Shown: in pieces, positions 6,999-15,846 of the stretch | Position numbering within the stretch: the stretch's first letter is position 1 | How the letters are laid out: every line of letters starts with the position of its first letter | Assembly (NCBI GenBank): GCA_050246315.1 | Contig: JBFWWG010000001.1 | Location: 608,001 to 672,000 of the forward strand | DNA length: 64,000 nucleotides | Direction: 5' to 3' | From: Nitrospiraceae bacterium | GTDB lineage: Bacteria; Nitrospirota; Nitrospiria; Nitrospirales; Nitrospiraceae | Program-made: the position numbers and the translations under genes | The notes under the pieces: generated by a model | Told to the model about the DNA's origin: nothing | The model's database searches: none | What the model saw: only the letters and a program-made list of their open reading frames with translations

Positions 6999-9035
6999 GT
7001 GCGCCCAGCCTGTTGGAGTCGATTCGGTTTTGTCCTCGCCTGGTGTTTGATCGTTCTATTCATCGACGGACCGCCGCCAGCCGCTGCTGAGGAAAAAGCC
7101 TCGATCGAGGAGGTGGTGGAGACCAAGGAGATCGTGGTCAGCGCGACCAAAACAGAACTTCCGGCGAAGCAAGTCACCAGCGCGGTGGAGGTCATCACCG
7201 GCGAAGAGATGGAACAGCGGAAGCTCAGATCAGTTGTTGAGGCGCTTCGCTGGGCCCAAGGACTTTCAGTCAATCAGAGCGGAGGGCCCGGCACGGTTGC
7301 GGACGTCCGGATGCGCGGAGGCACGCCGGAGCAAACTCTTGTGCTGATCGACGGCGCCATCGTCAATAGCGCCACGATAGGCACCTACGATTTTTCCAAC
7401 CTGACCTCGGACAACATCGAACGGATCGAAATTCTTCGTGGAAGCCAGAGCATGCTCTGGGGGTCGGATGCCATGGGCGGGGTCATCAACATCACGACCA
7501 AACGGGGACGTGACCAGCCCAATCTCTCCGGCTTTGCGGAATATGGCTCGTTCAATACGATTCGGGAGGGAGCCACCCTGGCCGGCAAGCGAGGGCCGAT
7601 CGACTTTTCCGGAACAATCTCTCGTTGGGACACGGCCAACTTTTCGACGATCAATTATCGGCGCGGGGCGACTGAGCGCGATGGATTTCACAACTGGCAA
7701 GGGTCGGTTCGGCTTGGAGCCGATCTTCCCAAGGATGGACGGCTGGAGTTCAGTTTTCGATGGTTGGACGGGATTACGAACTTGGACGGATTTGCGTTTA
7801 ACCCCGTTACCTTTGCGTCCGATCCGGCGGATGTCTTGGGCGCGAAAACGAACAGGACCCAATACATCTATGCCGGAACCTGGGCGCAGCCGATTACCTC
7901 GTGGTATTCGCAACGGCTGACGGCATCACGAGCGACCGACAATCTGGTGAGTAATGGAGGAACGTTTCAACGGAACCTCGTGACCGGCGTGACGGAGCCG
8001 GTCGGGTTTCCTCTTAACTCTCAAATTGGGACGACGAGTAATCGGATTGAATGGCAACACAATGTTCAAATCGCCAAACCGTTGTTGCTGACGGCGGGCT
8101 ACCAGTTCAGGGAACAAACGGGCGAGAATATCAATCTCGCCACGAACACCGCCACCATCCCGAACAAGAGCCTTGTCAGCAATGCGGGGTTCGCCGATGC
8201 CCAGTTGAACCTCTGGGACCGCCTGTTCGGAACCGCGGGCATCCGGTACGACGATTACAATGTCTTCGGAAGCGCCACGACCTATCGCCTGACGGGCGGC
8301 TATCTGCATCGTGAAACCGGCACCAAACTCCGCGGCAGCTACGGGACCGGATTTCGCGCGCCCACCATCAATCAATTGTCCTTCCCCGACTTCGGGAATC
8401 CCAACTTGCAACCGGAAAAAAGCCAAGGATGGGACGTGGCCGTCGACCAGACCCTGTTCAACGATCGCGTGACGCTCAGTGCCGGGTATTTTTATACGAA
8501 GTATCGCAACCTCATTCTGTCGGTCTTCGATCCGGTCGGATGCGGCTTCACGTTGTTCGGATTTTGCGCCCAGAATGTCGGCATCTCCAAGTCCGAGGGG
8601 GTCGAGGCGAGCGCGAAGATCAAACTGCTCAGGGACCAGCGGTGGATCAAGAGCTTGGATTTGCAGGTTCAATACACGTACACGAGCACAACGAACTTAT
8701 CGAACAACCCGAACACGCGTCTGCCGAGGTGGCCGCTGAACCAATGGTCGGCCATCCTGAGCTATGAGCCGATCAAGGGGTTGCGGGCGAATCTCGAGGG
8801 GCGGTATTTCGGGCAACGATTTAACGATGCCAGTAATAATCAATCGCTCCCCTCCTTCTATGTCTGGAACCTGTCGGCGACCTATGACGTGAACAACAGA
8901 GTTCAGCTCTATATGCGCGCCGACAACATCTTTAACCGGAACTATGAGGAAGTGCTGTACTTCGGAACTCCGATCCGCTCGGTCTTCGGGGGCGTGAGAG
9001 TAAATTTCGACGTCCCGCTGGGAGCCCGATCGTGA
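6999..9035 (+). CDS. btuB: TonB-dependent cobalamin receptor, copy 1
   Basis: Signal peptide; TonB-box region IVVSATKTE; plug LVLIDG...IERIEILRGSQSMLWGSDAMGGVINI; riboswitch upstream. Confidence 0.88.
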   Translation: MRPACWSRFGFVLAWCLIVLFIDGPPPAAAEEKASIEEVVETKEIVVSATKTELPAKQVTSAVEVITGEEMEQRKLRSVVEALRWAQGLSVNQSGGPGTVADVRMRGGTPEQTLVLIDGAIVNSATIGTYDFSNLTSDNIERIEILRGSQSMLWGSDAMGGVINITTKRGRDQPNLSGFAEYGSFNTIREGATLAGKRGPIDFSGTISRWDTANFSTINYRRGATERDGFHNWQGSVRLGADLPKDGRLEFSFRWLDGITNLDGFAFNPVTFASDPADVLGAKTNRTQYIYAGTWAQPITSWYSQRLTASRATDNLVSNGGTFQRNLVTGVTEPVGFPLNSQIGTTSNRIEWQHNVQIAKPLLLTAGYQFREQTGENINLATNTATIPNKSLVSNAGFADAQLNLWDRLFGTAGIRYDDYNVFGSATTYRLTGGYLHRETGTKLRGSYGTGFRAPTINQLSFPDFGNPNLQPEKSQGWDVAVDQTLFNDRVTLSAGYFYTKYRNLILSVFDPVGCGFTLFGFCAQNVGISKSEGVEASAKIKLLRDQRWIKSLDLQVQYTYTSTTNLSNNPNTRLPRWPLNQWSAILSYEPIKGLRANLEGRYFGQRFNDASNNQSLPSFYVWNLSATYDVNNRVQLYMRADNIFNRNYEEVLYFGTPIRSVFGGVRVNFDVPLGARS

Positions 9036-9061
9036 GTCGCTACACGGTTCAGCCCATCGGT

Positions 9062-9095
9062 GAGAACAACGCTGGCGGGTTTTTTCAGCATCCTG
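9062..9095 (-). repeat. CAGGATGCTGAAAAA-CCGCCAGC intergenic repeat
   Basis: Reverse complement CAGGATGCTGAAAAAACCCGCCAGCGTTGTTCTC; related copies at 14414, 41063 and, degenerate, 21990 and 44378. Confidence 0.7.
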
Positions 9096-9181
9096 GAAAA
9101 CGCCGGCTGGGTGCGTACCCAGCCCAGCCGGTGCCATGTCGGGGTATGGAGGTCATCACAGGGGAAGGAACGTCGCAGAAC

Positions 9182-9417
9182 AGACGTCGGGGACGGGGAA
9201 GAGGGTGCGAAGCCCTCACGGTGCCGCCACTGTAAGCGAGGAGTGGTCCCGCAAACGAGCCACTGGTTGCAGGCGTCAACCGTCAGCCGTCACTCGTCAA
9301 TCGAATGAGGAAGGTCTCAGACTTCCCGCGAATGACGAGCGACCAATGACGAGTGACGACTGAGCCGGGAAGGCGCGGGATCGCGACGATCCGCGAGTCA
9401 GGAGACCCAGCCGATGG
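9182..9417 (+). ncRNA. Cobalamin riboswitch (class I), near-identical to the 6725-6960 copy
   Basis: 9173-9414 differs from 6716-6957 at only 4 of 242 positions; SD-sequestering hairpin CCCTTCGAGCATGAGGG. Confidence 0.93.
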
Positions 9418-9456
9418 ACAGATCTGCTCAGCCCTTCGAGCATGAGGGAGGAGTGT

Positions 9457-11397
9457 ATGAAGTCGTGGGGGAGGTATGTCTTGAACCTGGGGCTGGTTTG
9501 GTTGGTGGGTGGCATGGGCACGGTGGCTGGGGCGAAGCCGGCGGACGAGCCGACGGAGGAGCCTCTCGAGGTCGGCGAGGTCGTCGTGAGTGCGACGAAA
9601 ACGCCCCTTCCCGTTGCGCAAGTGACGAGCGCGGTCGAGGTCATCAAAGGTGAGGACTTGGAACAGAGAAAATTCAGAACGGTGGTGGATGCCTTGCGCT
9701 TGTCACAGGGGACGGCCGTGTTCTCGAACGGTGGGCCCGGCACCAATGCCACGGTACGCATTCGTGGAGCCAACTCGGCCCAAACGCTCGTCTTGATCGA
9801 TGGCGCCATCGTCAACAGTCCCACGAGCGGCGACTTCAATTTTGCCAATCTCACGGCGGAGAACATCGACCGGATCGAGATCCTGCGCGGCGCGCAGAGC
9901 ATGTTATACGGGTCGGACGCGATCGGGGGTGTGATCAACATTATCACCAAGCGGGGGGCAGGAAGGCCCACGGGCAGCGCCTTTGTGGAGTATGGCTCGT
10001 TTGCCACGTTGCGCGAGGGAGGACAGCTCTCGGGTGCGAAAGGGCCGGTGGACTTTGCCTTTTCACTGTCTCGGTGGGACACAAGCAACTTCTCCGTGGC
10101 CAACTATCGGCGTGGTGCGACGGAACGCGATGCGTTTCACAACTGGCAGGGATCCGGGCGACTGGGGTTCGCCTTGCCGAAGGAGGGACGCATTGACGTG
10201 ACCGCGCGTTGGTGGAATTCGGATGTGATGCTCGACAATGTCACCACGCTCGCGAAATTCGATGTGCTCGGGTCGAAGCAAACGACGAACACGCTGATCC
10301 TGAGTGCGTCCTACGAGCAACCCTTGACCACGTGGTGGTCTCAGAAGCTTACGGTCGGGCAGAGCAACGAGCGGTTGCAGTTCGACCCCGGATCGTTTCG
10401 GCGGAACATCGAGACCGGCGCGGTCAATACGATTTCCCCGCGCATCACCTCCGACATCGAGATCCTGAATCGCCGAATCGAATGGCAACACAACTTTCAG
10501 GTCGGAAAACCGCTCTTGCTGTCCGCCGGGTATCAATATCGAGATGAACAGGGTGACAATCCCAGCTTCCAGCCGGCGACCTCAGCGACCAAGATCCTGT
10601 CGTCCCATGCGGGTTTCGCGCAGGCGCAGGTGAACCTCCAGGAGCGGCTGCTCTTCACCGCCGGAGTGCGCCAGGATCGTTACAATACGTTCGGCGACGC
10701 CACGACCTACCGCATCACGGGCGGCTATCGAATTCCGGAGATGGGGACGAAATTTCGAGGCTCGTACGCCACCGGCTTCCGTGCGCCGACGATCAACCAA
10801 CTGTTCTTCCCCGGCTTCGGGAATCCGGATCTCCAACCGGAGGAGAGCCGGGGATGGGATGTGGGTATCGATCAATCCCTCTGGCGGGAGAAGCTCTTTC
10901 TCTCGTTCACGTATTACCACAACGATTTCGAGAACCTGATCCAGAATGCGGTGGTCGGCGGCTTGTTCAAACCGGAAAACGTGGGTGAAGCCAGGACACA
11001 GGGATGGGAAGCCGGCTTCAAGGTCGAGGTGCTACAGAACCTCAGCTTCCGCGGGCAGTATACCTACACGTCCAATCGGAACCTCACGAACGGAAACCGG
11101 CTGGCCCGCGTGCCGATCGACCAAGCCGGTCTCGGCCTGAGCTACCGGCCGATTCCCGCGCTGCAGTTGCATGTGGACTATCGGTTTGTGGGCGCGCGCA
11201 ACAACGATGCGAACAATGCCCCGGCCGGTAAGTTGGGAGCGTTTGGGGTCGTGAGCGCGACGGCGACCTACGACCTCAACAAAACCGTGCAACTGTTCGG
11301 CCGGGTCGAGAACCTGGGCGATCAGCAATATGAGGAAATTATCGGATACGGCACGGCCATTCGGTCGGTCTTTGGCGGAGTCAAGCTCACCCTCTGA
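9457..11397 (+). CDS. btuB: TonB-dependent cobalamin receptor, copy 2
   Basis: VVVSATKTP, IDRIEILRGAQSMLYGSDAIGGVINI; paralog of 6999-9035; riboswitch upstream. Confidence 0.88.
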   Translation: MKSWGRYVLNLGLVWLVGGMGTVAGAKPADEPTEEPLEVGEVVVSATKTPLPVAQVTSAVEVIKGEDLEQRKFRTVVDALRLSQGTAVFSNGGPGTNATVRIRGANSAQTLVLIDGAIVNSPTSGDFNFANLTAENIDRIEILRGAQSMLYGSDAIGGVINIITKRGAGRPTGSAFVEYGSFATLREGGQLSGAKGPVDFAFSLSRWDTSNFSVANYRRGATERDAFHNWQGSGRLGFALPKEGRIDVTARWWNSDVMLDNVTTLAKFDVLGSKQTTNTLILSASYEQPLTTWWSQKLTVGQSNERLQFDPGSFRRNIETGAVNTISPRITSDIEILNRRIEWQHNFQVGKPLLLSAGYQYRDEQGDNPSFQPATSATKILSSHAGFAQAQVNLQERLLFTAGVRQDRYNTFGDATTYRITGGYRIPEMGTKFRGSYATGFRAPTINQLFFPGFGNPDLQPEESRGWDVGIDQSLWREKLFLSFTYYHNDFENLIQNAVVGGLFKPENVGEARTQGWEAGFKVEVLQNLSFRGQYTYTSNRNLTNGNRLARVPIDQAGLGLSYRPIPALQLHVDYRFVGARNNDANNAPAGKLGAFGVVSATATYDLNKTVQLFGRVENLGDQQYEEIIGYGTAIRSVFGGVKLTL

Positions 11398-11400
11398 GGG

Positions 11401-12804
11401 ATGATCGTGAAGGCACCGCGGCTCATCATTGCCGGCACCGGCAGCAACGTCGGAAAGACCACCGTCACGCTGGCCTTGCTGGCCGCGTTCACAGCCAGAG
11501 GCCGGATCGTTCAATCGTTCAAGGCGGGACCGGACTTCATCGATCCCGGCCATCACGAGGCGGTGACTGGTCGACCGTCACGCAATCTGGACGGATGGCT
11601 GTTGGGGCGGGAGGTCAACCGAGCCACCTTCATTCGCGCAGCGGCCGGCGCGGACCTTTCGATCGTAGAAGGCATGATGGGACTGTTCGACGGCAGCTCG
11701 CCGGTCAGCGAGCAGGGCAGCACGGCGGAGTTGGCGAAGCAGTTGGAGGCGCCGGTCCTACTTGTGATCGACGGCAGCGCCATGGCCCGTTCCGCCGCCG
11801 CGATGGTCGAAGGGTTTGTCCGATTCGATCCCATGCTCAATATTGTGGGTGTCCTGTTCAATCGGGTTAACAGCGACGGCCACTATCGGCTCCTGAAGGA
11901 AGCGGTCGAACAGCGAATGACAATCGCGGTGGTGGGCTACCTGCGGACAGATCAGGCCGCGGTGATTCCCGATCGCCATCTAGGATTGGTCACGGTGACC
12001 GAACGGGGATCGGCCGATCTCTATCGACGCTTGGGCCGGGCGGCAATGGAGACGGTCGATCTGGATCTGATCGAACGTTTGGCCGGTTCGAGCGGCGAGT
12101 GGCCGGCCGCGCCGGTCGTTCCGCTGCCGCCGCACATCGGCCGGGAAATCAGCATCGGCATCGCCCATGATCACGCGTTTTGTTTCTACTACCAGGACAA
12201 TCTCGATTTGCTGGAGGCGGAGGGAGGCCGGTTGATCCGGTTCTCGCCGATCACGGATCACGAGTTGCCGGACGTCGATCTGTTGTACTTGGGCGGCGGC
12301 TATCCGGAACTGTACGGAGCGGCGCTGGCTGCGAACGTTCCGATGCAGCGGGCTATCCGGACCTTCGCCGAACGAGGAGGGACGATCTTCGCGGAATGCG
12401 GCGGGATGATGTATCTCACCGAGGCGATCCGGGATTTCGAGGGGCGCAGGTATGAAATGGTCGGCCTGTTCGCGGCTGAAGCGACCATGCGGAAGCCCGG
12501 CCTCACGCTCGGCTATCGAAGCGTCGAGCTATCCCAGCCCTGCATTTTGGGTGAGCGCGGGACGACCGTGCGAGGACATGAATTCCATTACTCCACGTTG
12601 AACGCGACCGGTGACCTCAGCTATGTCTGCCGGCTCACCGATGCGCGAGGCGAACCGAAGGGGCCGGACGGGCTCCTCATGAAGAACACCGTGGCGCTGT
12701 ATGCCCATTTGCATTTCGGCAGCCAACCGCAGGTGGCACAGGCGTTGGTCGAGTCGGCCAGGCAAACCAAGGTGAGCGCCAAGGTTGGGAGGTCGGTCGG
12801 ATGA
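11401..12804 (+). CDS. cbiA: Cobyrinate a,c-diamide synthase
   Basis: GSNVGKTT, FKAGPDFIDPGHH, EGMMGLFDG, GGGYPEL, AECGGMMYL, GHEFHYS. Confidence 0.95.
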   Translation: MIVKAPRLIIAGTGSNVGKTTVTLALLAAFTARGRIVQSFKAGPDFIDPGHHEAVTGRPSRNLDGWLLGREVNRATFIRAAAGADLSIVEGMMGLFDGSSPVSEQGSTAELAKQLEAPVLLVIDGSAMARSAAAMVEGFVRFDPMLNIVGVLFNRVNSDGHYRLLKEAVEQRMTIAVVGYLRTDQAAVIPDRHLGLVTVTERGSADLYRRLGRAAMETVDLDLIERLAGSSGEWPAAPVVPLPPHIGREISIGIAHDHAFCFYYQDNLDLLEAEGGRLIRFSPITDHELPDVDLLYLGGGYPELYGAALAANVPMQRAIRTFAERGGTIFAECGGMMYLTEAIRDFEGRRYEMVGLFAAEATMRKPGLTLGYRSVELSQPCILGERGTTVRGHEFHYSTLNATGDLSYVCRLTDARGEPKGPDGLLMKNTVALYAHLHFGSQPQVAQALVESARQTKVSAKVGRSVG

Positions 12805-13400
12805 CGGATCACAACGACCATAAGAACAAGATGGTCCGGTTGAAGGCTTCGGTGGATCGTCGCATCGAGCAGGCGCAGCAGGAGAAAGGGCTGCTCATCG
12901 TCCACACGGGAGCGGGCAAGGGCAAGACCACCGCCGCGCTGGGTATGGCGCTCCGCTGTGTCGGCCACGGAAAGAGGATTGCGGTGGTGCAGTTCATCAA
13001 GGGGGCGATCGATACGGCGGAGGAGCGGGTCCTCAAGAGTCTCGGTCCGCTTGTCACGTTCCTGCGCATGGGGGAGGGTTACACCTGGGAAATACAGGAT
13101 CGTGCGCGGGATACGGCATTTGCCCAGCGAGCTTGGGAGCAGGCCGGCGAGTTCCTGCGCGATCCCTCCTACGCGATGGTGATCCTCGACGAGTTCAACA
13201 TCGCCTTGCAACACGACTACGTTCGGCTGTCCGACGTGTTGCCGGCCTTGTCTCAACGGCCGCCGATGCAACATGTGGTCATCACCGGTCGTGGTGCCAA
13301 GAAGGAATTGATCGAGGCCGCAGATCTGGTAACGGAAATGAAGCAGATGAAACATCCCTTCCGAAAGGGAATCAAGGCGCAGGCAGGGGTGGAATTTTGA
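12801..13400 (+). CDS. cobO: Cob(I)yrinic acid a,c-diamide adenosyltransferase (CobO/BtuR/CobA)
   Basis: TGAGKGKTTAALG, VVQFIKG, ILDE, VVITGR, KHPFRKGIKAQAGVEF. Confidence 0.95.
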   Translation: MTDHNDHKNKMVRLKASVDRRIEQAQQEKGLLIVHTGAGKGKTTAALGMALRCVGHGKRIAVVQFIKGAIDTAEERVLKSLGPLVTFLRMGEGYTWEIQDRARDTAFAQRAWEQAGEFLRDPSYAMVILDEFNIALQHDYVRLSDVLPALSQRPPMQHVVITGRGAKKELIEAADLVTEMKQMKHPFRKGIKAQAGVEF

Positions 13401-13417
13401 CTCTGAACGGCAATTCC

Positions 13418-13612
13418 AGGTCCAGCGGGACCCGTTGCTTTCGCGCCTCCGGAGCGGCCCCTCCGGGGTCTGCGAGGCGGAACCCTTCCGGAATTTCCGT
13501 GCCTGTGGTCGAGGACCACAGCGGCGTGGTCAGTTCCGGTTTTCCCGCCTCGCCAACCCGCGGTGGGCACCCCGCTCCTCTCGGCGAAGAAAGCGTCCGG
13601 CCCGCTGGACCT
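13418..13612. repeat. ~195-nt nested inverted repeat (rod-like hairpin) between cobO and the CWC gene
   Basis: AGGTCCAGCGGG/CCCGCTGGACCT; GCTTTC/GAAAGC; GGAGCGG/CCGCTCC; GCGAGGCGG/CCGCCTCGC; apex CTGTGGTC-GAG-GACCACAG. Confidence 0.7.
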
Positions 13613-13668
13613 CCGAAATCCAGGATAGGGACCATCGCAGGATGGAGTCGTATGGGCGAGGAGCGCAG

Positions 13669-13866
13669 ATGAAGGGACCAGTTGTGAAAACCTGCGAAGC
13701 CTGCGGACGGACGTTTGAGTGCGGGCAATGGGGCTGTTGGTGCGGGCAGCTCGGCGTCACGGAACGGCAGTTGGATTGGATCGCGGCTCGATTTCAGAAC
13801 TGTCTCTGCCCCGATTGCTTGAAGAAGGTCGTGCAAGGTGAATATGGCAAGCTCATCGAACGGTAG
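13669..13866 (+). CDS. Cysteine-rich CWC family protein (65 aa)
   Basis: CxxCGxxFxC...CWC...CLCxxCL pattern; SD GAGGAG. Confidence 0.8.
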   Translation: MKGPVVKTCEACGRTFECGQWGCWCGQLGVTERQLDWIAARFQNCLCPDCLKKVVQGEYGKLIER

Positions 13867-14413
13867 GACGGGATCGGTGAAGCGCTCGAGCAAACGACGA
13901 TCCAGACTGATTCTCATATTGGGAGGAGCAGGATCGGGCAAGAGCCAGGCTGCGCTCGATTTGGCGGGGGATGCCGAGCCAAAGGCCTTTGTGGCGACCG
14001 CGCAGGCCCTCGATCGGGAAATGGCCGAGCGGATCGCTCGCCATCAAGTCGCACGATCGTCCGATTGGGAGACGGTGGAGGTTCCGATCGATCTCGCCGG
14101 ATGGTTTCGAACGCAGGGGAAGCGGTATCGGACCATTGTCGTCGATTGCCTCACGCTATGGCTGAGCAATCAGAGCGGTAGACGCGTCAGCGATGAGACG
14201 ATCCTGGACTGCGTGGCCGATCTCCTGGAGGCGATTCGCGCGACGCCGGCGCTGGTCGTGCTTGTCGGCAACGAACTGGGCCTTGGATTAGTGCCGATGG
14301 GTCGAACCGCTCGGCGCTTTCGGGACGTGGCCGGGAAGGTCAATCAACAGATCGCGGCCGAAGCGGATGAAGTGCGCTTTATCCTGTGCGGCCAAACGTT
14401 GAGACTGAAATAG
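13844..14413 (+). CDS. cobU: Bifunctional adenosylcobinamide kinase/cobinamide-phosphate guanylyltransferase
   Basis: LGGAGSGKS, EMAERIARH, VDCLTLWLSN, NELGLGLVP, RFRDVAGKVNQ. Confidence 0.95.
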   Translation: MASSSNGRTGSVKRSSKRRSRLILILGGAGSGKSQAALDLAGDAEPKAFVATAQALDREMAERIARHQVARSSDWETVEVPIDLAGWFRTQGKRYRTIVVDCLTLWLSNQSGRRVSDETILDCVADLLEAIRATPALVVLVGNELGLGLVPMGRTARRFRDVAGKVNQQIAAEADEVRFILCGQTLRLK

Positions 14414-14448
14414 CAGGATGTTGAAAATGTCCGCCAGCGTGTTCTCGC
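14414..14448 (+). repeat. CAGGATGTTGAAAA-CCGCCAGC repeat directly after the cobU TAG stop
   Basis: TAG-CAGGATGTTGAAAATGTCCGCCAGCGTGTTCTCGC. Confidence 0.7.
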
Positions 14449-14461
14449 GGAATGGCTCGAT

Positions 14462-14559
14462 CGTCATGCGTCACACGTCAACCGTCTATCGACAAAGGCT
14501 GAAGAAGAGAGCCCACCAAGACTTGGTATTCCTGTTGGAGTGGCGAATGACGAGTGACG
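14462..14559. repeat. Heptamer tandem repeats in inverted arrangement
   Basis: CGTCATG CGTCACA CGTCAAC CGTCTAT ... AATGACG AGTGACG. Confidence 0.65.
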
Positions 14560-14665
14560 GAAATCCATCATCCTGTTTACTGAGGCTGTGCCCTCTGTGC
14601 TCATCCCTGCCATCCGAGGCTGATGGCTAGGGGAACTCCTGGGAAAACGGTATTGAAAGGGAATC

Positions 14666-15727
14666 ATGACCATCGATGATCTGTTGCTTCGCATTCAACC
14701 GCCCGATCAGGGCCTGTGGGAGCAGGCGCAGCGCCGCCTCGACCGATTGACCAAACCGCCCGGAAGCCTTGGCCGGCTGGAGGAGTTGGCTGCCCGCTAC
14801 GTCATGCTCTCTGGAACGCTCATGCCGGACATTCCTCGAGCGGCGGTCTACACCTTCGCGGCGGATCATGGGATCGTTCAGGAAGGGGTGAGCGCCTATC
14901 CCTCGGCGGTGACGGCGCAGATGGTGCTGAACTTCTTGGGGGGAGGCGCCGGCGTCAATGTGCTGGCGCGACATGTTGGCGCAGAGGTGCGGGTCGTCGA
15001 TATCGGTGTGGCGTCGGAGTTCTCCGCCATTCCCAAGCTGATCAGACGAAAGATCGCGCCGGGCACGAAGAATTTTCTGCACGAGCCGGCCATGACCAGA
15101 GACCAGGCCTTCCGCGCGTTGGAAATCGGGAGCCTGTTGGCGGAGGAGGCGGCCAGGGAAGGGATCGGTCTGCTCGGGACCGGCGACATGGGAATCGGCA
15201 ACACGACGCCGAGCGCTGCGATCACCGCCGTGTTGACCGGTAACCCGGTGAGGGATGTGACGGGGCGAGGGACGGGGATCGATGCGCAAGCTCTGTCGCG
15301 CAAGATCGGCGTGATCGAGGCCGCGCTGGCGCGGCATCGTCCCGATCCTGCCGACGCGCTGGGCGTGCTTGCCAAAGTGGGCGGCTTCGAGATTGCCGGC
15401 ATCGCAGGACTCATACTGGGCGCTGCGGCGGCTCGCATCCCGATTATCTTGGACGGGTTCATCTCAGGCGCGGCGGCGCTGATCGCGGTGGCCCTGGCTC
15501 CCGCTTGCCGAGACTATCTGATCGCCTCCCATCGGTCCGTCGAATGCGGCCATGGGGCTGTCTTGAATCGGCTGGCGCTCACGCCTCTCTTGGATCTCGA
15601 CCTTCGGCTCGGCGAAGGGACGGGCGCCTGTTTGGGGATCGGCCTCGTGCAGGCGGCGCTCAAAGTGTATGCGCAGATGGCCACCTTCGATGAAGCGGGT
15701 GTGTCCCAACGGAGTGCTGAGGACTGA
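14666..15727 (+). CDS. cobT: Nicotinate-nucleotide--dimethylbenzimidazole phosphoribosyltransferase
   Basis: [49 protein letters not shown]. Confidence 0.96.
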   Translation: MTIDDLLLRIQPPDQGLWEQAQRRLDRLTKPPGSLGRLEELAARYVMLSGTLMPDIPRAAVYTFAADHGIVQEGVSAYPSAVTAQMVLNFLGGGAGVNVLARHVGAEVRVVDIGVASEFSAIPKLIRRKIAPGTKNFLHEPAMTRDQAFRALEIGSLLAEEAAREGIGLLGTGDMGIGNTTPSAAITAVLTGNPVRDVTGRGTGIDAQALSRKIGVIEAALARHRPDPADALGVLAKVGGFEIAGIAGLILGAAAARIPIILDGFISGAAALIAVALAPACRDYLIASHRSVECGHGAVLNRLALTPLLDLDLRLGEGTGACLGIGLVQAALKVYAQMATFDEAGVSQRSAED

Positions 15728-15846
15728 GTGCCGAGTATTGAAACCGCAAAGTGCTGAGGACCGAGTGCTGAGATGAATCTGAGACAGGATTCCTTTCAAT
15801 CAACGAAGGAATCGGCGCTGAGCCCCGAGTCCTCAGCCCTCAGCCC
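15713..15846. repeat. Heptamer repeat hairpin spanning the cobT stop and cobS start
   Basis: AGTGCTG AGGACTG AGTGCCG AGTATTG ... AGTGCTG AGGACCG AGTGCTG ... TCGGCGC TGAGCCC CGAGTCC TCAGCCC TCAGCCC. Confidence 0.75.

Noticed and set aside
6716..9414. Repeats as a CRISPR array
   Set aside because: They are riboswitch duplicates and heptamer arrays; no regular repeat-spacer periodicity and no cas genes.
13435..13668. N-terminal extension of the CWC protein (143-aa ORF)
   Set aside because: It runs through the palindromic element; a good SD-ATG exists at 13669.
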